64,000 nucleotides of DNA from Octopus vulgaris (GCA_951406725.2 OX597834.1:38626001-38690000), one strand, 5' to 3'. Shown: positions 14,870 through 29,498, counted from the stretch's first letter. A program made the numbers and translations. Notes: a model not told the origin generated them from the letters alone.

Positions 14870-15125
14870 TTGATCCCAGATCAATACTGAACGAATAATA
14901 AATGGCAGACTTATGATCAAAGGTTTTCCAGACATGATAACAGCGTTGCGTTAGGGGTTTTTCCCCCTCCTTATTTTATTATTTATTATGCTTTTTATGG
15001 CCAGAATATATCCAGTACTAAATTTTCTAACAGTAGCACTGAAAAGAGAATGTAGCGTGTGATTTGTCGGTGATTTGGTTGCCATTTTTAGCAGGCTGAG
15101 TGGACCACACGAAAGCTCCCTGGGC
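14870..15125 (-). mobile_element. Decayed SINE-like family E (also near 24035-24250, 35985-36210, 41890-41940)
   Basis: Recurrent gatcaaagg..ttccag.catga and gatttgg.tgc.attt.tagcag motifs. Confidence 0.5.
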
Positions 15126-15736
15126 TCAAGTGACATGAAGGAAAGGAATTCGTTTCAATCAAGAATCGAAACCGTTTTGGTCGTTGTAATTTTATCTCTG
15201 TTCCTTCATTGCCAGCCATATTTATTCCTGTATGTATGAAGCTTGAGAATTTCCTTTTTCAAGAAAGAAGATATGAGTGAGGTTATGGCCTTGATGCCTT
15301 TCCTGATCGTCAATAGCACCACAAGATAAACGAAATGACTCAACCTGAACCGGAAATGGACGTTTGCATTTGGTAAGTGAGGATTCAGGACCATTTCCCT
15401 TTATTTCAGACTCAGTAAACAACATGACATTATTGTGGCGCAGCGTGAATAATTGGTCAACGTATCATTGTACATTACATGAGTCACATGTCCACTAAAA
15501 TGCCACTGGCTGTGCACCAAAGAACTGACCAATGCAACCATACAACATCAACTCTGTACACAAACCACAAGTTTTTTTTTTAGTTTAATTGTAGTTCTGA
15601 CCATGCTGGAGCATCAACACAATTCCCCGCACTCCTTGACACTGAGTTGGTTCTATCCAGTTATTGTTGTGTTTAAATGTGTTTTATTTGTTCTCTGTTA
15701 GAATGTTAATATTTGTATGACTGACAGATGAGGTAA

Positions 15737-16172
15737 GGGCGTGGCTGTGTGGTAAGAAGCTTGCTTCCCAACCATATGGTTACGAGTTCCGTACCTCTGT
15801 GTGGCACCTTGGATGTCTTCTACTATAGTCTCGGTCCCATCAGAGCATTGTGAGTGGAAACTGGAAGAATTCCGTCATATATATGTATATCTATACATTT
15901 GTGTGTATGCGTGTGTGAGAAAGAGAGAGAGAGACTTTGTGTGTGTGTGTGTGTCTTTGTATATGTGTTCGTGCGCTACCACCTTTTCACGTCCGGTATT
16001 AGTTTGTTTACGTCCCCGTAAATTAGCGGTTCGGCAAAAGACTGATAGAATAAGTACCAGACTTTTAAAACAAGTGCTGAGGTCAATTTGTTCGACTAAA
16101 ACCTTTTAAGGCAGTGCTCCAGCATGGCCACAGACAAATGACTCAAACAAGCTAAAGATAAACGATAAAAGT
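15737..16172 (+). mobile_element. SINE family B, near full length
   Basis: Head ggcgtggctgtgtggtaagaagcttgc, internal (TG)n, tail gtgctccagcatggcc. Confidence 0.8.
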
Positions 16173-16577
16173 AGTCATAATCAGAGACAAGTAAAGGCGC
16201 CGAACTAAATGTCTTCCACTACATAGTTACAACCCTTTACTTTCTCAATTCAAATCTCAACGGGATCAAATTTACTTTTCATTCCTCCAGGGTCGATAAC
16301 AAAAAATAACAAAAATATATAACAAAAATATATAATCATATATAACAAAAATACCAATCATATCTAGTCTAGTTTAGTGTTGGTCTGGTCTTGTCATGTG
16401 AACCTTCTCCAGAACATTCTTAATAACCCGGGAACGCTCGTTCTGGGACTTCGGCTACCGTCACTGGACTTGGGAAGAATACTGGAATGGTTTTCTGTTG
16501 CCTTTCCAGTGCTTAACTTCTCTAGGCAGATGGGATTTGAACTCCGAAGGTAGAGAGACAGAAGACATGTTGTAAAG

Positions 16578-16786
16578 CAAAATGGGACAAGAACGCAAAG
16601 CAATCAGACAGTCATGTGATACAAGAAAGGGACAACAAAACATCCAGATAATCTGGAACTCGACTAAGGAAAGAAAACTCCGAATGACCTGTCCTTGTTT
16701 TCTTTGTATCGTCTGTCTGGATATTTTGTTGCCCCTTTCTTGTATCACATGACTATCTGGATGTTTTGCGTTCTTGTCCCATTTTG
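16578..16786. repeat. Fold-back element with ~70-bp inverted arms next to (TA)n
   Basis: caaaatgggacaagaacgcaaa...aacatccaga versus tctggatattttg...gcgttcttgtcccattttg. Confidence 0.85.
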
Positions 16787-16788
16787 TA

Positions 16789-16825
<37 letters not shown>

Positions 16826-16995
16826 CAAAGTAAGCAACAAGAATATCTTCGATAATTTGGTACGATCGTTTCACGCTACATCATTTTATTAAACATTGTA
16901 AGTATTACATCAGTTTTAAAATGTTGACCAATCATCAATCATTCATAGATGTTTTCCATCAATACTTATACTTATTTCCATATATATATATATAT

Positions 16996-17379
16996 ATAAC
17001 ATAAGGGACTAAAGCCATCTGAATATGGCTAGGGACAGGGCAGGGTGGTGGGGGTGTTACTGTTGCATTTAGCCCAGGCGAACATCGACGTCACCAGAAA
17101 GGCTCGACACCGTCACGGTCCCTTAACCTGCAAAGGAGGTAATTCCCCGATGAAGCGGAAACCACACACGGACCATGGTTTCAAGGTGTGAAACCATGGT
17201 CCGTATGTGGTTTCCGCTTCATCGGGGAATTACCTCCCTTTGCAGGTTAAGGGCACCGTGACGGTGTCGAGCCTTTCTGGTGACGTCGATGTTCGCCTGG
17301 GGCTAAATGCAACAGTAACACCCCCACCACCCTGCCCTGTCCCTAGCCATATTCAGATGGCTTTAGTCCCTTATGTTAT
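16996..17379. repeat. Near-perfect ~384-bp palindrome (~190-bp arms, 5-nt loop)
   Basis: ataacataagggactaaagcc...ggaccatggtttca-aggtg-tgaaaccatggtcc...ggctttagtcccttatgttat. Confidence 0.95.
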
Positions 17380-17470
17380 CGAGCAGTTACTGTCTATATC
17401 CCTTTTAGAGAATTATTATTGCTATATATATATATATAGCGACATACGTACACTTAAGTCTCATACATAC

Positions 17471-17501
<31 letters not shown>

Positions 17502-17987
17502 TATATAATATATCTGTGAGAAACGACATAATTGTTATAAAGCTCCATATAACAGTGAGAAATTAGACACAGTTGTAATACACCTTCGATATATCGGTGA
17601 GAACTGGGATGTTATATAAGATGATATATTCGTGTACGGGATTGACCTATTGCGGACGTAACCGGTTGAAGATTTCTCATCGGAGATATTAGAGCGAAAG
17701 CGATGAAGGTCCTTTTTTTTTCTTTTTCTTTTTTTTTTTGTCTTTTTCAGAAATGTCAACATGTATTATTGCCAGAAACGCCAGATTGTTTCACGTAACA
17801 TTTGCTGACCGTTAAAGACCAGATCGTTGTAAAACTGTTCACACCTGATCTTTACCACTCGACGTGAATCATGTCAGCTGAGAACGGCTTCTTGAGGTTG
17901 AAGTTATTTTAGAAAGTGTAGCGAGGTTCATTCAACATCCACTATTTTAAATATGTCTGTGCATGCGTGTGTATGCACACACATTTA

Positions 17988-18074
<87 letters not shown>

Positions 18075-18142
18075 CATCATTATTATTATTATTATTATTA
18101 TCATTATTATTATTATTATCATCATTATTATTATTATTATTA

Positions 18143-18188
<46 letters not shown>

Positions 18189-18190
18189 CA

Positions 18191-18275
<85 letters not shown>

Positions 18276-18286
18276 CATCATTATTA

Positions 18287-18353
<67 letters not shown>

Positions 18354-18403
18354 CATCATCATTATTATTATTATTATTATTATTATCATTATTATTATTA
18401 TCA

Positions 18404-18470
<67 letters not shown>

Positions 18471-18553
18471 CATTATTATTATTATTATTATTATTAGTAG
18501 TATTATTATTATTATTATTATTATTGTTATTGTTATTATTATTATCATTATTA

Positions 18554-18606
<53 letters not shown>
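17988..18606. repeat. ~620-bp (ATT)n/(ATC) microsatellite
   Basis: Direct tandem repeat. Confidence 0.97.
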
Positions 18607-18608
<2 letters not shown>

Positions 18609-18836
18609 GGCGGCGAGCTGGCAGAAACGTTAGCACGCCGGGCGAAATGCTTAGCGGTATTTCGTCTGCCGTTACGTTCTGAGTTCAAATTCTGCCGAGG
18701 TCGAATTTGCCTTTCATCCTTTCGGGGTCGATAAATAAAGTACCAGTTACGCACTGGAGTCGATGTCATCGACTTAATCCCTTTGTCTGTCTTTGTTTGT
18801 CCCCTCTATGTTTAGCCCCTTGTGGGCAATAAATAA
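18609..18836 (+). mobile_element. SINE family A, well-preserved full-length copy in (ATT)n
   Basis: ggcggcgagctggcagaaacgttagcacgccgggcgaa..., very close to the reverse complement of 57646-57873. Confidence 0.9.
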
Positions 18837-18856
18837 ATTATTATTATTATTATTAT

Positions 18857-19382
18857 TGAGTGAGAGAGCAGTTCATGCCATCAAAGTGACACTGGGGTAA
18901 AATATACGAAGCCCAATATACTCATCATGACTACCCGTCTGATAAGGGTACACCACGCACATGCATCACAACCATATGTGCGCGACATGGTGATCTCATA
19001 TCAAGATAAACAGCACATGACCTTGCAGGTGGGGCCCAGTTAAAATTTTCTCCAGGTTGAGTAGCCCATCCCGCTCAAAAGGTCCCTGAATAAGTGTTGT
19101 TTAAGGATGTTGAAAGAACCACCCATGTTTCCTGAGGTGAATTATTCAAACCCCAAAGAATCCCTCTCAACACATGGCTATGATGCTCCCCCACTACTTC
19201 TGCTCGTGATCAGAGATGCTCAACTGGTTGTGGTCAAACAAATGCCAGCAAATCTGTGGTATTGAGCAGAATATTTGCTGTAGGCCATCTTTTATACCAA
19301 GACAAAACAATGTACATGATAACACTACCAATCAGTTAAGATCAGAAGCCACGAGAGCCACTGCCTGGTGGTGCATCAGGGA

Positions 19383-19386
<4 letters not shown>
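18857..19386 (-). mobile_element. Non-coding insert within (ATT)n, probably a retroposon 3' region
   Basis: ~530 bp of complex sequence bounded on both sides by pure (ATT)n; strand is inferred. Confidence 0.45.
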
Positions 19387-19454
<68 letters not shown>

Positions 19455-19654
19455 GTGGGCTATTCGCAATTTAGAAACGATAGGCAACAAGCACAGTTCT
19501 CACTAAAGTGACGGAGGATGCTAGTAAGCACCAGCACTTTTTTAGCGGCTGTGAAGGAAGACTACTTCACTTGTCAGCCGTTAGAAAAGGGCTCTTACGT
19601 GACTTAAAGTTGATTTGGCTCTTATTTCTAGCAATGCTGTGCATACTTGCATCC

Positions 19655-19905
19655 TCCGTCACTTGTGAGTGAATTTGGTAGAGGGAAACTGAAAGAAGCT
19701 CGTCGTGCATATATATGTGTGTGTGCGTGCGTATTTGTGTGCTTACATCTGTGTTTGTTTCCCTTACTATCGCTTGACAACCGATGCTGGTGTGTTTATA
19801 TCCCCGTAACTTTGCAGCTCTGCAAAAGAGAGCGATAGAATAAGTACTAGGCTTACAAAGAATAAGTCTTGGGGTTAATTTGTTCGATTAAAACCCCTTA
19901 AGGTG
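19655..19905 (+). mobile_element. SINE family B, partial
   Basis: ggaaactgaaagaagc...gcttgacaaccgatgctggtgtg...aataagtactaggcttacaaagaataagtc. Confidence 0.8.
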
Positions 19906-19923
19906 ATTCATACATACACACAT

Positions 19924-19961
<38 letters not shown>

Positions 19962-20340
19962 AATAAATAAATTAATTAATTAATAAATAAAATAATATAT
20001 AAATACAGACAAAATATACATACAGATATATATATATATATTTGTATATATATATAAAATTTATAAGTTTAAATTATCTAAAGGTATCTTTCATGCATTT
20101 CTTGTTTCACTGGACTGTCATCATCCTGGGGCACCGTCTTAAAGCGCTTAGTTGAATAAAGCGATCGCAGCATATACGTATTTTGTTGTCATCTGTTTGA
20201 TTTGCCTAATAGTGGTTTTATCTCTAATTTAATATAATATATATATATATACATATACATAAGATGGATAGGTAGAAGATACATGTCCAAGGTGCCGCAC
20301 ACTGGGACCGAACCGAGAACCGCAAGACAGACAGACAGAC

Positions 20341-20390
<50 letters not shown>

Positions 20391-21263
20391 ATAGATAGAC
20401 AGATAGATAGATAGATTGATAGACAGACAGACAAACAGACAGGTATCTTTCATGCATTACTTGTTTCACTGGACTGCCGCCATCCTGGGGCACCGTCTTA
20501 AAGCGCTTAGTTGAATAAATTTACGCAGCATTTACGTATTTTGTTGTCATCTTGGTTCTCATTCTGTCGGTCTCATTTACGTATTTTGTTGTCATCTTGG
20601 TTCTCATTCTGCCGAATCGTGACGGGATTCAACACATTTTCCGTCTACCAAATTCATAGAGAAGACATTCGTCTGCTCGGGACCATAGTAGAAGATACAT
20701 GTCCAAGGTGCCGCACACTGGGACCGAACCGAGAACCGCAAGACTGCTAACAAAGCTTCTTAACCATATAAAACGTGCATGCAAATGTACAAGTGGTTGA
20801 TTCCGTGCGGTCAATACTGGAATATCATTAAGCATAGGTTTGCTGAATCCTGCCTAACCTGGGGTTAAACGGCGACAGCGACATTCAATGAAATAAAAAT
20901 TTGATGGCCAGTGTACAGACACGACCTGGCTGAACATCAAAGATACATGATACATCGGAACCTCTCTGCACTCACAAGCATTAACAGTGCAGTGCGGTGC
21001 AGCGCAGTGCAATGCAGTGCAGAACTGAATGTATGAGGCAGTGCAAGTTAAGTGCACCAGTTGACATACGATTGATGCTCGGTGTACACGTTAAGTTATT
21101 GATTCCTCTAATGTGCATCGGCTTTATACACCCAATCACGTGCTCGTACAAATATATATATATACACATTATAGGCAAACACAGTGAGGAATATTACGGG
21201 GATAGGAACACATGTGTGGAGGGAGAGAAAACGACACACACACCCTGTCAGAGACAGAGGCAT

Positions 21264-21312
<49 letters not shown>

Positions 21313-21336
21313 GTGTGTGTGTGTATGTGTGTATAA

Positions 21337-21372
<36 letters not shown>

Positions 21373-21469
21373 ATGTGTGTATAAATATATATATATATTT
21401 ATTTATTGCGCAGTATATATATATACTCACACACATATATATATATACACAGTCGAAGAAAAGACATAT

Positions 21470-21975
21470 ACATACGTACATTCATGCATACATACATACA
21501 TGCAGTGCAGTGCAGCGCGGTGCACATACATACATACATACATACATCATACATACATACATACATACATACATACATACATACATACACGCATACACAC
21601 ATACATGCATACATACATACATACATACATACATAAATACATACATCATACATACATACATACATACATACATGCACGCATACACACATACATGCATACA
21701 TACATACATACATACATACATAAATACATGCACGCATACACACATATATGCATACATACATACATACATAAATACATACATACATACATACATACATAAA
21801 TACATACATACATACATACATAAATACATGCACGCATGCACACATACATGCACACATACATACATACATACATACATACATACATACATACATACATAAA
21901 TACATACATACATAAATACATGCACGCATACACACATATATGTATACATACATACATACATATGCATACATACAT
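21470..21975. repeat. (TACA)n compound microsatellite
   Basis: Direct tandem repeat. Confidence 0.95.
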
Positions 21976-22054
21976 ACAGTATAAAGACACAAACACACAG
22001 ATAAGCAGAGACATGCATTCACACTTCGTGCTCGTATGCATACGGATACACACA

Positions 22055-22095
<41 letters not shown>

Positions 22096-22920
22096 GCGCA
22101 CACACACACACATACACACACATGTACAACAAAATAAACGCAGGCAAGGAAATAAAAGTAAAAGCAGTCACTCGCTGTTCAATTTTGGTAGAGTCACATT
22201 TACAATATACATTAATCAACCATATGCACTATACATCTACTATGCGTCTTTTAATCAGATGAAATTAGTAATGTGTATGTATGTATGCTTCTATGTATGC
22301 ATGTATGTATGTACGTATGTATGCATGCATATATGTATATATATATGTATATATAAACCAGCTTTGGTTTACTTATATCGGTCTCTTTGTCCTTTCCGTT
22401 AATCGTTGTACAAGTCCACCACGATTTGAGCTTTCATTTCTAACGTTCACAATCCTACTTTTCGTGGTAAATCATTTGTTTTCTCTCACTGTGACACACT
22501 CTCTCTTCCTCTCTTTCTCCCTCTCTCTCTCTCTCACTGATATCCACCACTCCTTCTTGTCAGCCTTTTGCCCAGCGAACGTTGCTCTGACCAACACGTG
22601 TCCAATATTTCTCTCTGTTCAGGTGGTCTACTGAAACAAAAGTCGAAAGACACCGTTTCTACTCGGTATCCTTTGTTCTTGCTTTTTGTTTCAGTCTTTT
22701 GTTCCTATTTTCTTTGTTTTCAGGCGTCAGATTTGCTTTGTGTGAACCCTGACAGTCGAAAATACCAACTTATTTCCAGACGAAAAAATATTAACTTCTC
22801 CCAGGCGCCGAAATCATAATGATTCTTTCTGGTAAAACATTGGCTGATGAAAGGTATTTATCCACGACAGGCTTTTGGCCTTTTCCTTAATTGTCATACA
22901 CGTCTTTCGTCATTATTTTG

Positions 22921-22956
<36 letters not shown>

Positions 22957-24520
22957 CAAACATGCAAATCGCGCATATACGAACGATAGCAATGAAACTA
23001 TGAAACTTCAGTTTCTTATCAAGTCTAACATGCCAGATGTCTCTCAATTTCTCTCTCTCTCTCTCTCTCTCTTTTCTCTCTCTCTCTCTCTCTCTCTCTA
23101 CCTTTCTATCTCTCCTTCTGCCTCTCTCCCTCTTCCCTCCCTCGACACATTGTATGTATGTGTTTTCTTTGATATTTTCTGCAACAAAGCCTTTCCCAGT
23201 GACTCACACGTTACTTCTTTACTTTAATCGTTTGCATTGTCGGCAACGTGAAGCTAGGAGTTATTATTCAAGAAACTTCAACTTTATATATTTTTTTATT
23301 GCCCACAGGGAGCTAAACAAAGAGGGGACAAACAAAGACAGACAAAGGGATTAAGTCGATTAAAGATACCGATGGAATAAGTACCAGAATGGAAATAAAT
23401 TAATTATTGTCTCGATTAGTTAGACTAAAACTCTTCAAGACGATGCTCCAGCATGAGCGCACTCTAATGACTGAAACAAGAAAAAGATAGTAAATATCTA
23501 TTCGGCGGTGGGTCAGCCTGATCGGTGATGGGTCGGCACAACCTGTTGCGACCTCTTGCTCGCCGTGCTTGACATTCTGGTTTCAAATCTCACTGAAGTA
23601 AACAATACCCGTGGTCCTTCCTGCATTGATGAAATAATGTACCAGTCATTAACGGAGGTCTATACTGCTACCATTCATCATGGGTGGCCACGTAATCATA
23701 ACAGAAGACGAGAATATGCACGAGAGATAAGGGAAGTGGTGAGAGTATATATATAGAGAGAGAGGAAGTGGGTGAAATATAAGATGGCGTGTTATTGTGT
23801 TGCTGCCATTACGGTTGTTGTCTTTGATCTTGTGACTGTTATTGTTGTTGTTGTTGTTGTTGTTGTTGCAGCTGTTGTTGATGTTCTTGTTGCTCCCGCT
23901 TAAGTTGTTATTGCTACTGCTGTTGTTGTTGTTGTTGTTCTCATTGATGATTTTATTGGTTTTGCTGTTGTTTTTGTTGTTGTTGTTGTTAATGTAAATA
24001 ATGTTGATATTGTTCTTGGTACCAGTATTGTTTTTTTAGCCCCTGGCAAACCTTATCGAACAAAGTTCAGATCAAAGACATTCCAACCATAGACAACCTC
24101 CCCTCCCACCACCACCACCACCTTACTTCTGTTCCAGACAGGGTATCTATGGATCACGTTATTCAATAGACCACCCCCTTTTTTTTTTAGTCAATCGTCT
24201 GAAGAATATTTGGCTGCTATCTCTAGCAGCTTGCTGTTTGTGATATACAGCGAGTGAGTACAGAAAGTGACTCAGTATGTAATTAGAGAAGTCGTGTCAG
24301 CGTGACCCTGATTGGGTGTCAGCGAAATATGGATGGGGATCTTGGGACTTTTTTCTAAACATACTCACGCATTCACACGCACGCACACACACACATGTAC
24401 ATGCATGCACGCACACACAAACATTGATGGTCACACATACACAAATACTCATACACACACATTACATCGACACATTCACTCACATACAGACACATACACA
24501 TCAACACAGAGACATAAACG

Positions 24521-24695
24521 CATACACACACACACATACAGAAAATGATATAGTCTCACACATACACACACACACATACAGAAAATGATATAGTCTCACA
24601 CATACACACACACACATACAGAAAATGATATAGTCTCACACATACACACACACACATACAGAAAATGATATAGTCTCACACATACACACACACAC
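24521..24695. repeat. 40-bp minisatellite, ~4.4 identical copies
   Basis: Unit catacacacacacacatacagaaaatgatatagtctcaca. Confidence 0.95.
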
Positions 24696-24701
24696 ACTCT
24701 T

Positions 24702-24735
<34 letters not shown>

Positions 24736-24830
24736 CTTTTTCTCTCTCTCTTTCTCTCTCTCTTCCATCTTTCTCTTTCTCTCTCTCTCTCTAAACATTA
24801 CAATACACAGACTGTTACGCGGACAACCTC

Positions 24831-24899
<69 letters not shown>

Positions 24900-24985
24900 C
24901 GCATACATGCACATAGACAAACGCACACTTACGCATGCTCATAGCATACACATTACATATTACTTGTCTATACACAGATTCCCAT

Positions 24986-25058
<73 letters not shown>

Positions 25059-25299
25059 AACAAACAAACACTTCACATCATACGTACTGCATCTTGAAAA
25101 ACGCGCCTGTATCTATAGAAACAGATGCACGCGTTTATAGACTGAGCCACGTGCAGGCACACTATCCAGCGATGTATACATTCACGTAACACACGCAGCG
25201 CCACCTATATACACACTGCCGGAGTTAGACGGACGTGCTTCTACGCACCAACTTTATTATCAACGTCATCAAAGAATATTGCCTTGGGAATGTGTTCTT

Positions 25300-25468
25300 T
25301 TTATCATCATTATCACAATAAAACAACACTATCATTGTCAGCATCATCATCGTCGTCATCGTTACCATCATCATCTTCATCATCATCATCATCAACATCA
25401 TCATCATCACCACCATCATCATCATTATCGTCACCATCGTCATCATCATCACTATCATCCTCTTCTTC

Positions 25469-25502
<34 letters not shown>

Positions 25503-25961
25503 CCACCACCGACACCACCAACAACAACAGCAACAACCCCATCAGCATCATTATCATTATTATCGTCACCACCACTACCGCCGCCGCCGCCGCCACAACC
25601 ACCATCATCGCCACCACCACCACCATTACCATCATCATGATTAGCATCACCATCACTACCATCACCATCATCATCGTCACCATCGTCACCATCATCATCA
25701 CCGACACCACCAACAACAACGACAGCAACAACACCATCAGCATCATTATCATTATCATTATCATCATCACCACCACCGCCGCTGCCGCCTCCACATCCAG
25801 GAGCATCTCCACCATCACTACCACCACGACCACCATCGTCTTTACAATCCTCATCGTGATCAGGATCAACATTACAACCGCCATTATCATCATCATCATC
25901 ATGCGCATCATCACTACTATCGCCATTATTGTCATCGTCACCACCGTGCGTGCACGCACCG

Positions 25962-25992
<31 letters not shown>

Positions 25993-27132
25993 TATTATCA
26001 TCATCATCGTCGACGTCGTCGTCGTCGTCATCAGTATCACTGTCACCACCAACACCACAATCATCATCATCACCATCATAACATCACTTTCGCCAATTCT
26101 TTTGTCACCGCCATCACCAACACTGCAACTACCAGCGCCACCACCGCCAACACCACCACCGCCATACCACAACCATCATCAACGTCACCTACACCACCAC
26201 CACCACCACCACCACCATCGCCACTACTACTACTATCAACACCACCGCCAACTCCAACAACAACCACCACCACCACCGCCGCCATACCATAACCATCATC
26301 AACGTCACCTACACCACCACCACCACCATCGCCACTACTACTATCAACACCACCGCTACCTCCAACAACAACCACCACCACCGCCGCCAGTATCACCATC
26401 ACCACTACTACTACTATCAACACCACCGCTACCTCCAACCACCACCACCACCATCACTGCTGCCGACATGATTATTGTTCAACTCCACCAGTCTACATCC
26501 GCCACATTGTACGTTCTAATTCTCCCATTTTCTATTCTTGGAATATATTTGGTCTGGAATCTTGTTTTAGAATTGCTAAATCGTTGCTCTTGCTTTCTGA
26601 TCGAGTCATTTTAACACATACACACATTGTTACCAGGATAATGGTTCCAGCAAATATATTACTTCGTCAATTTCAAGCAAATCACGTCTTGTTTGTTCTA
26701 CTCCGAGGCTTTATTGAGTAAGGCGTGACGTCATAGGTCATACATTGTATTCCAGATTCGTAGAGTAAGTTCGAGTGTGAGTTGCCAACAGATGGCTTAT
26801 CTCGGTTGGCCAATTAACGTTCTTGCAGCTTCGTTCTTGTGCGCAGGAAGCGAGAAATAACCCAGAAGACAGAGGGCTTTCACTGCCAACAGATAGGTCA
26901 GCGGATCGAACCGTGTGGGTGACACTGGTTGCTTCTTCCTCGCCACTACTAGCACCACCACCTCCACCACTATCATCATCATCATCTCATCATCATCATC
27001 ATCATCGTCGTCATCATCATCATCATTAGCATCATCATCATCATTATCGTCATCATCATTAGCATCATCATCATCATCATCATCATCATCATAATTATCG
27101 TCATCATCATTAGCATCATCATCATCATCATT

Positions 27133-27178
<46 letters not shown>

Positions 27179-27350
27179 ACATCATCATCATCATCATCAT
27201 CATTATCGTCATCATCATTAGCATCATCATCATTATCATCGTCGTCGTCGTCGTCATCAACATCATCATCATCATCATCATCATCATCGTCATCATTACG
27301 TCCATCGATATCGACGTTACCATCGTCGTTGTCGTCACCGCCTTCGCCAT
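25300..27350. repeat. (CAT)/(CAC) trinucleotide low-complexity fields, with a unique spacer at ~26470-26940
   Basis: Degenerate trinucleotide arrays; ~120-bp duplication at ~26150-26400. Confidence 0.85.
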
Positions 27351-28503
27351 CAGCAGCAAGACCGTCTTCGCTGTTTCCCTCCCAGCGTCAGGTGGAGACA
27401 AACAATTTCTGCAGGCAGAAGACACGCAAAATCTGACAGGTGATTACTTAATTAGCAGGGCGGAGTTCAAACCACCTGTGACCCTGTTCAATCGTTACAT
27501 TGTATGTACACACACACACACATACGTATATATGTTTATACACACAGATATGCATGTATACATATATATATATATATTATATTATGCATGTATATATATT
27601 ACACACACACATATACATGTGATTGCATATATATATATATATATGCATGTATATATGTGTGTATGTGTGTGTAAATGTGGATACATATATGTGTGCGTAG
27701 ATGTACTTTAGCATTTAATCATTGGCATACACATGTAGGTAAGTACGTATGCATATGTATATGTATATTTATATATATATACACCCAATTATATTATAAA
27801 TACATATATGCACCTACAGAAATGTATACATACATACGTACACACACACATACATATATACATATACATACATAAAGTACAGGTGAGTACTCTGTAGGAG
27901 GTTCTATTTAAATAGACATGCTTCCTTCTTCCTTTTTCTTCTTCTTCCTCTTCTTTTATGCGTTTCATATCCGCCGGTGTTTTTGTGTCGACGCACATTA
28001 TATCTTGTAAGTAAAACCACCAGTTTTGATCTTACCGTCTTTCATCGAATGCCAATCCACGAAGAACGATGGAGGAACTTGTAGGAAACTAGCTGCCTGG
28101 TTGGCCGATCTGTTGGCTGGTTGCGTGGTTGAGAAACGACAAGTGCACCCCTAGAGGGCGCTATGATATTTTGCACTAATTGACATATTTATTTCCTTCT
28201 ATTCAATCTCCTCGTTGCCCTTACCCGATCGTTCCGGTCTATTCTTCGCTGTATACTAACTCTCCTTCCGAAATTTTTCTCTCTTATTTTTTTTTCCCTT
28301 CCTTGTTTCTTTTTTCTTTTGTTTTTAGTTCATTTTTTCTTTTTCTTTTTTTTTCATTTTTTGTTTATATATTTATTAGTTTTATTTATTCGTTCATACA
28401 TTTTTTTTTTTTTTTTTTTTAAGACAACACAAATTACCTTTCGGAAAGGAATTGGGGAAAAATAAATAAATACTTAAATATAAAAGAAACATATTGAAAA
28501 GAA

Positions 28504-28539
<36 letters not shown>

Positions 28540-28846
28540 AGGGAAAGTGGGGGAAAGAAAAGGTTTTGGAAAAGAAAGAGGAAAGGCAGAGAGAAAGGGC
28601 GAAAGGTATAACTGTACAAGAAATGACAAACAAAAAAAAAAAAATAAAAAATAAATAATTGAAATAACAAACAGAACGAAAATAAAAACAACAATGGCGA
28701 CGAGAAAAACAAGGAAAAGTAAACTAAAATAGTGAATCGATAATGAAGATAATAAACTTCATAAGATATTGGTGTGTCTGCACTTGGCGACACTGCTAGA
28801 CTTTATAATGTTACCGGCGTTCGCTTTTACCTCGGTGCGTTTTCGC

Positions 28847-28895
<49 letters not shown>

Positions 28896-29498
28896 TCTCT
28901 TTCTCTCCCCCTCTCTTATTCATAATCTTTCCTCTTAACTTTCACTTTCACTTTCGCTATGACATTTTATATTTTCATTTTCGGCTTTTCCTTTTTTTTC
29001 CTCTTGTATGTTTAGCACTTGTTAGCTTGCCCTTTTTTTTTTTTCTTTTTTTCTTCTCTCTGTATATTTACTTCCACCGCTCGCTGAACTATGGATGACT
29101 ATAACTACTGCACTGACATCAATGACACCTCTTCCCACTCTCTTGCAACCACTTCCAATTCTTCCATAACTTTCAGCCTCTTTCCCATTACATTATGCAT
29201 CGATACGCATTTTCCATGCATATATTCTTGCGTAAACACGTTGATTAAACCTTCTCCCCTCCAAAAACAAACTTTAATTATGTGTATATACATATGACAT
29301 ATGCACACCAGTATATACACACACACATACATACATATACATGCACATATATACATACACATATATACACATATACATACATATATATAGATACACGCAC
29401 ACATACATACATACATACATATATGTATATATATATATATATGAAAAAACAAGTCAAAATAGAATATATATATATATATATATATATACATACATACA

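Noticed and set aside
17660-17710. TTGAAGA-hairpin-GAAA
   Set aside because: 7-nt gap before GAAA and no NUH or stem I.
17947-18682. Long poly-N/I/L/Y ORFs (and similar ORFs at 21212-22402, 25225-26614, 44383-45436, 60001-60675)
   Set aside because: Stop-free translations of microsatellites; no domain content.
26850-26925. tRNA-like sequence
   Set aside because: No intact cloverleaf; at most a decayed SINE head.
28694-28703. TGGCGACGAG PBS-like 10-mer
   Set aside because: No recognisable LTR or gag nearby.
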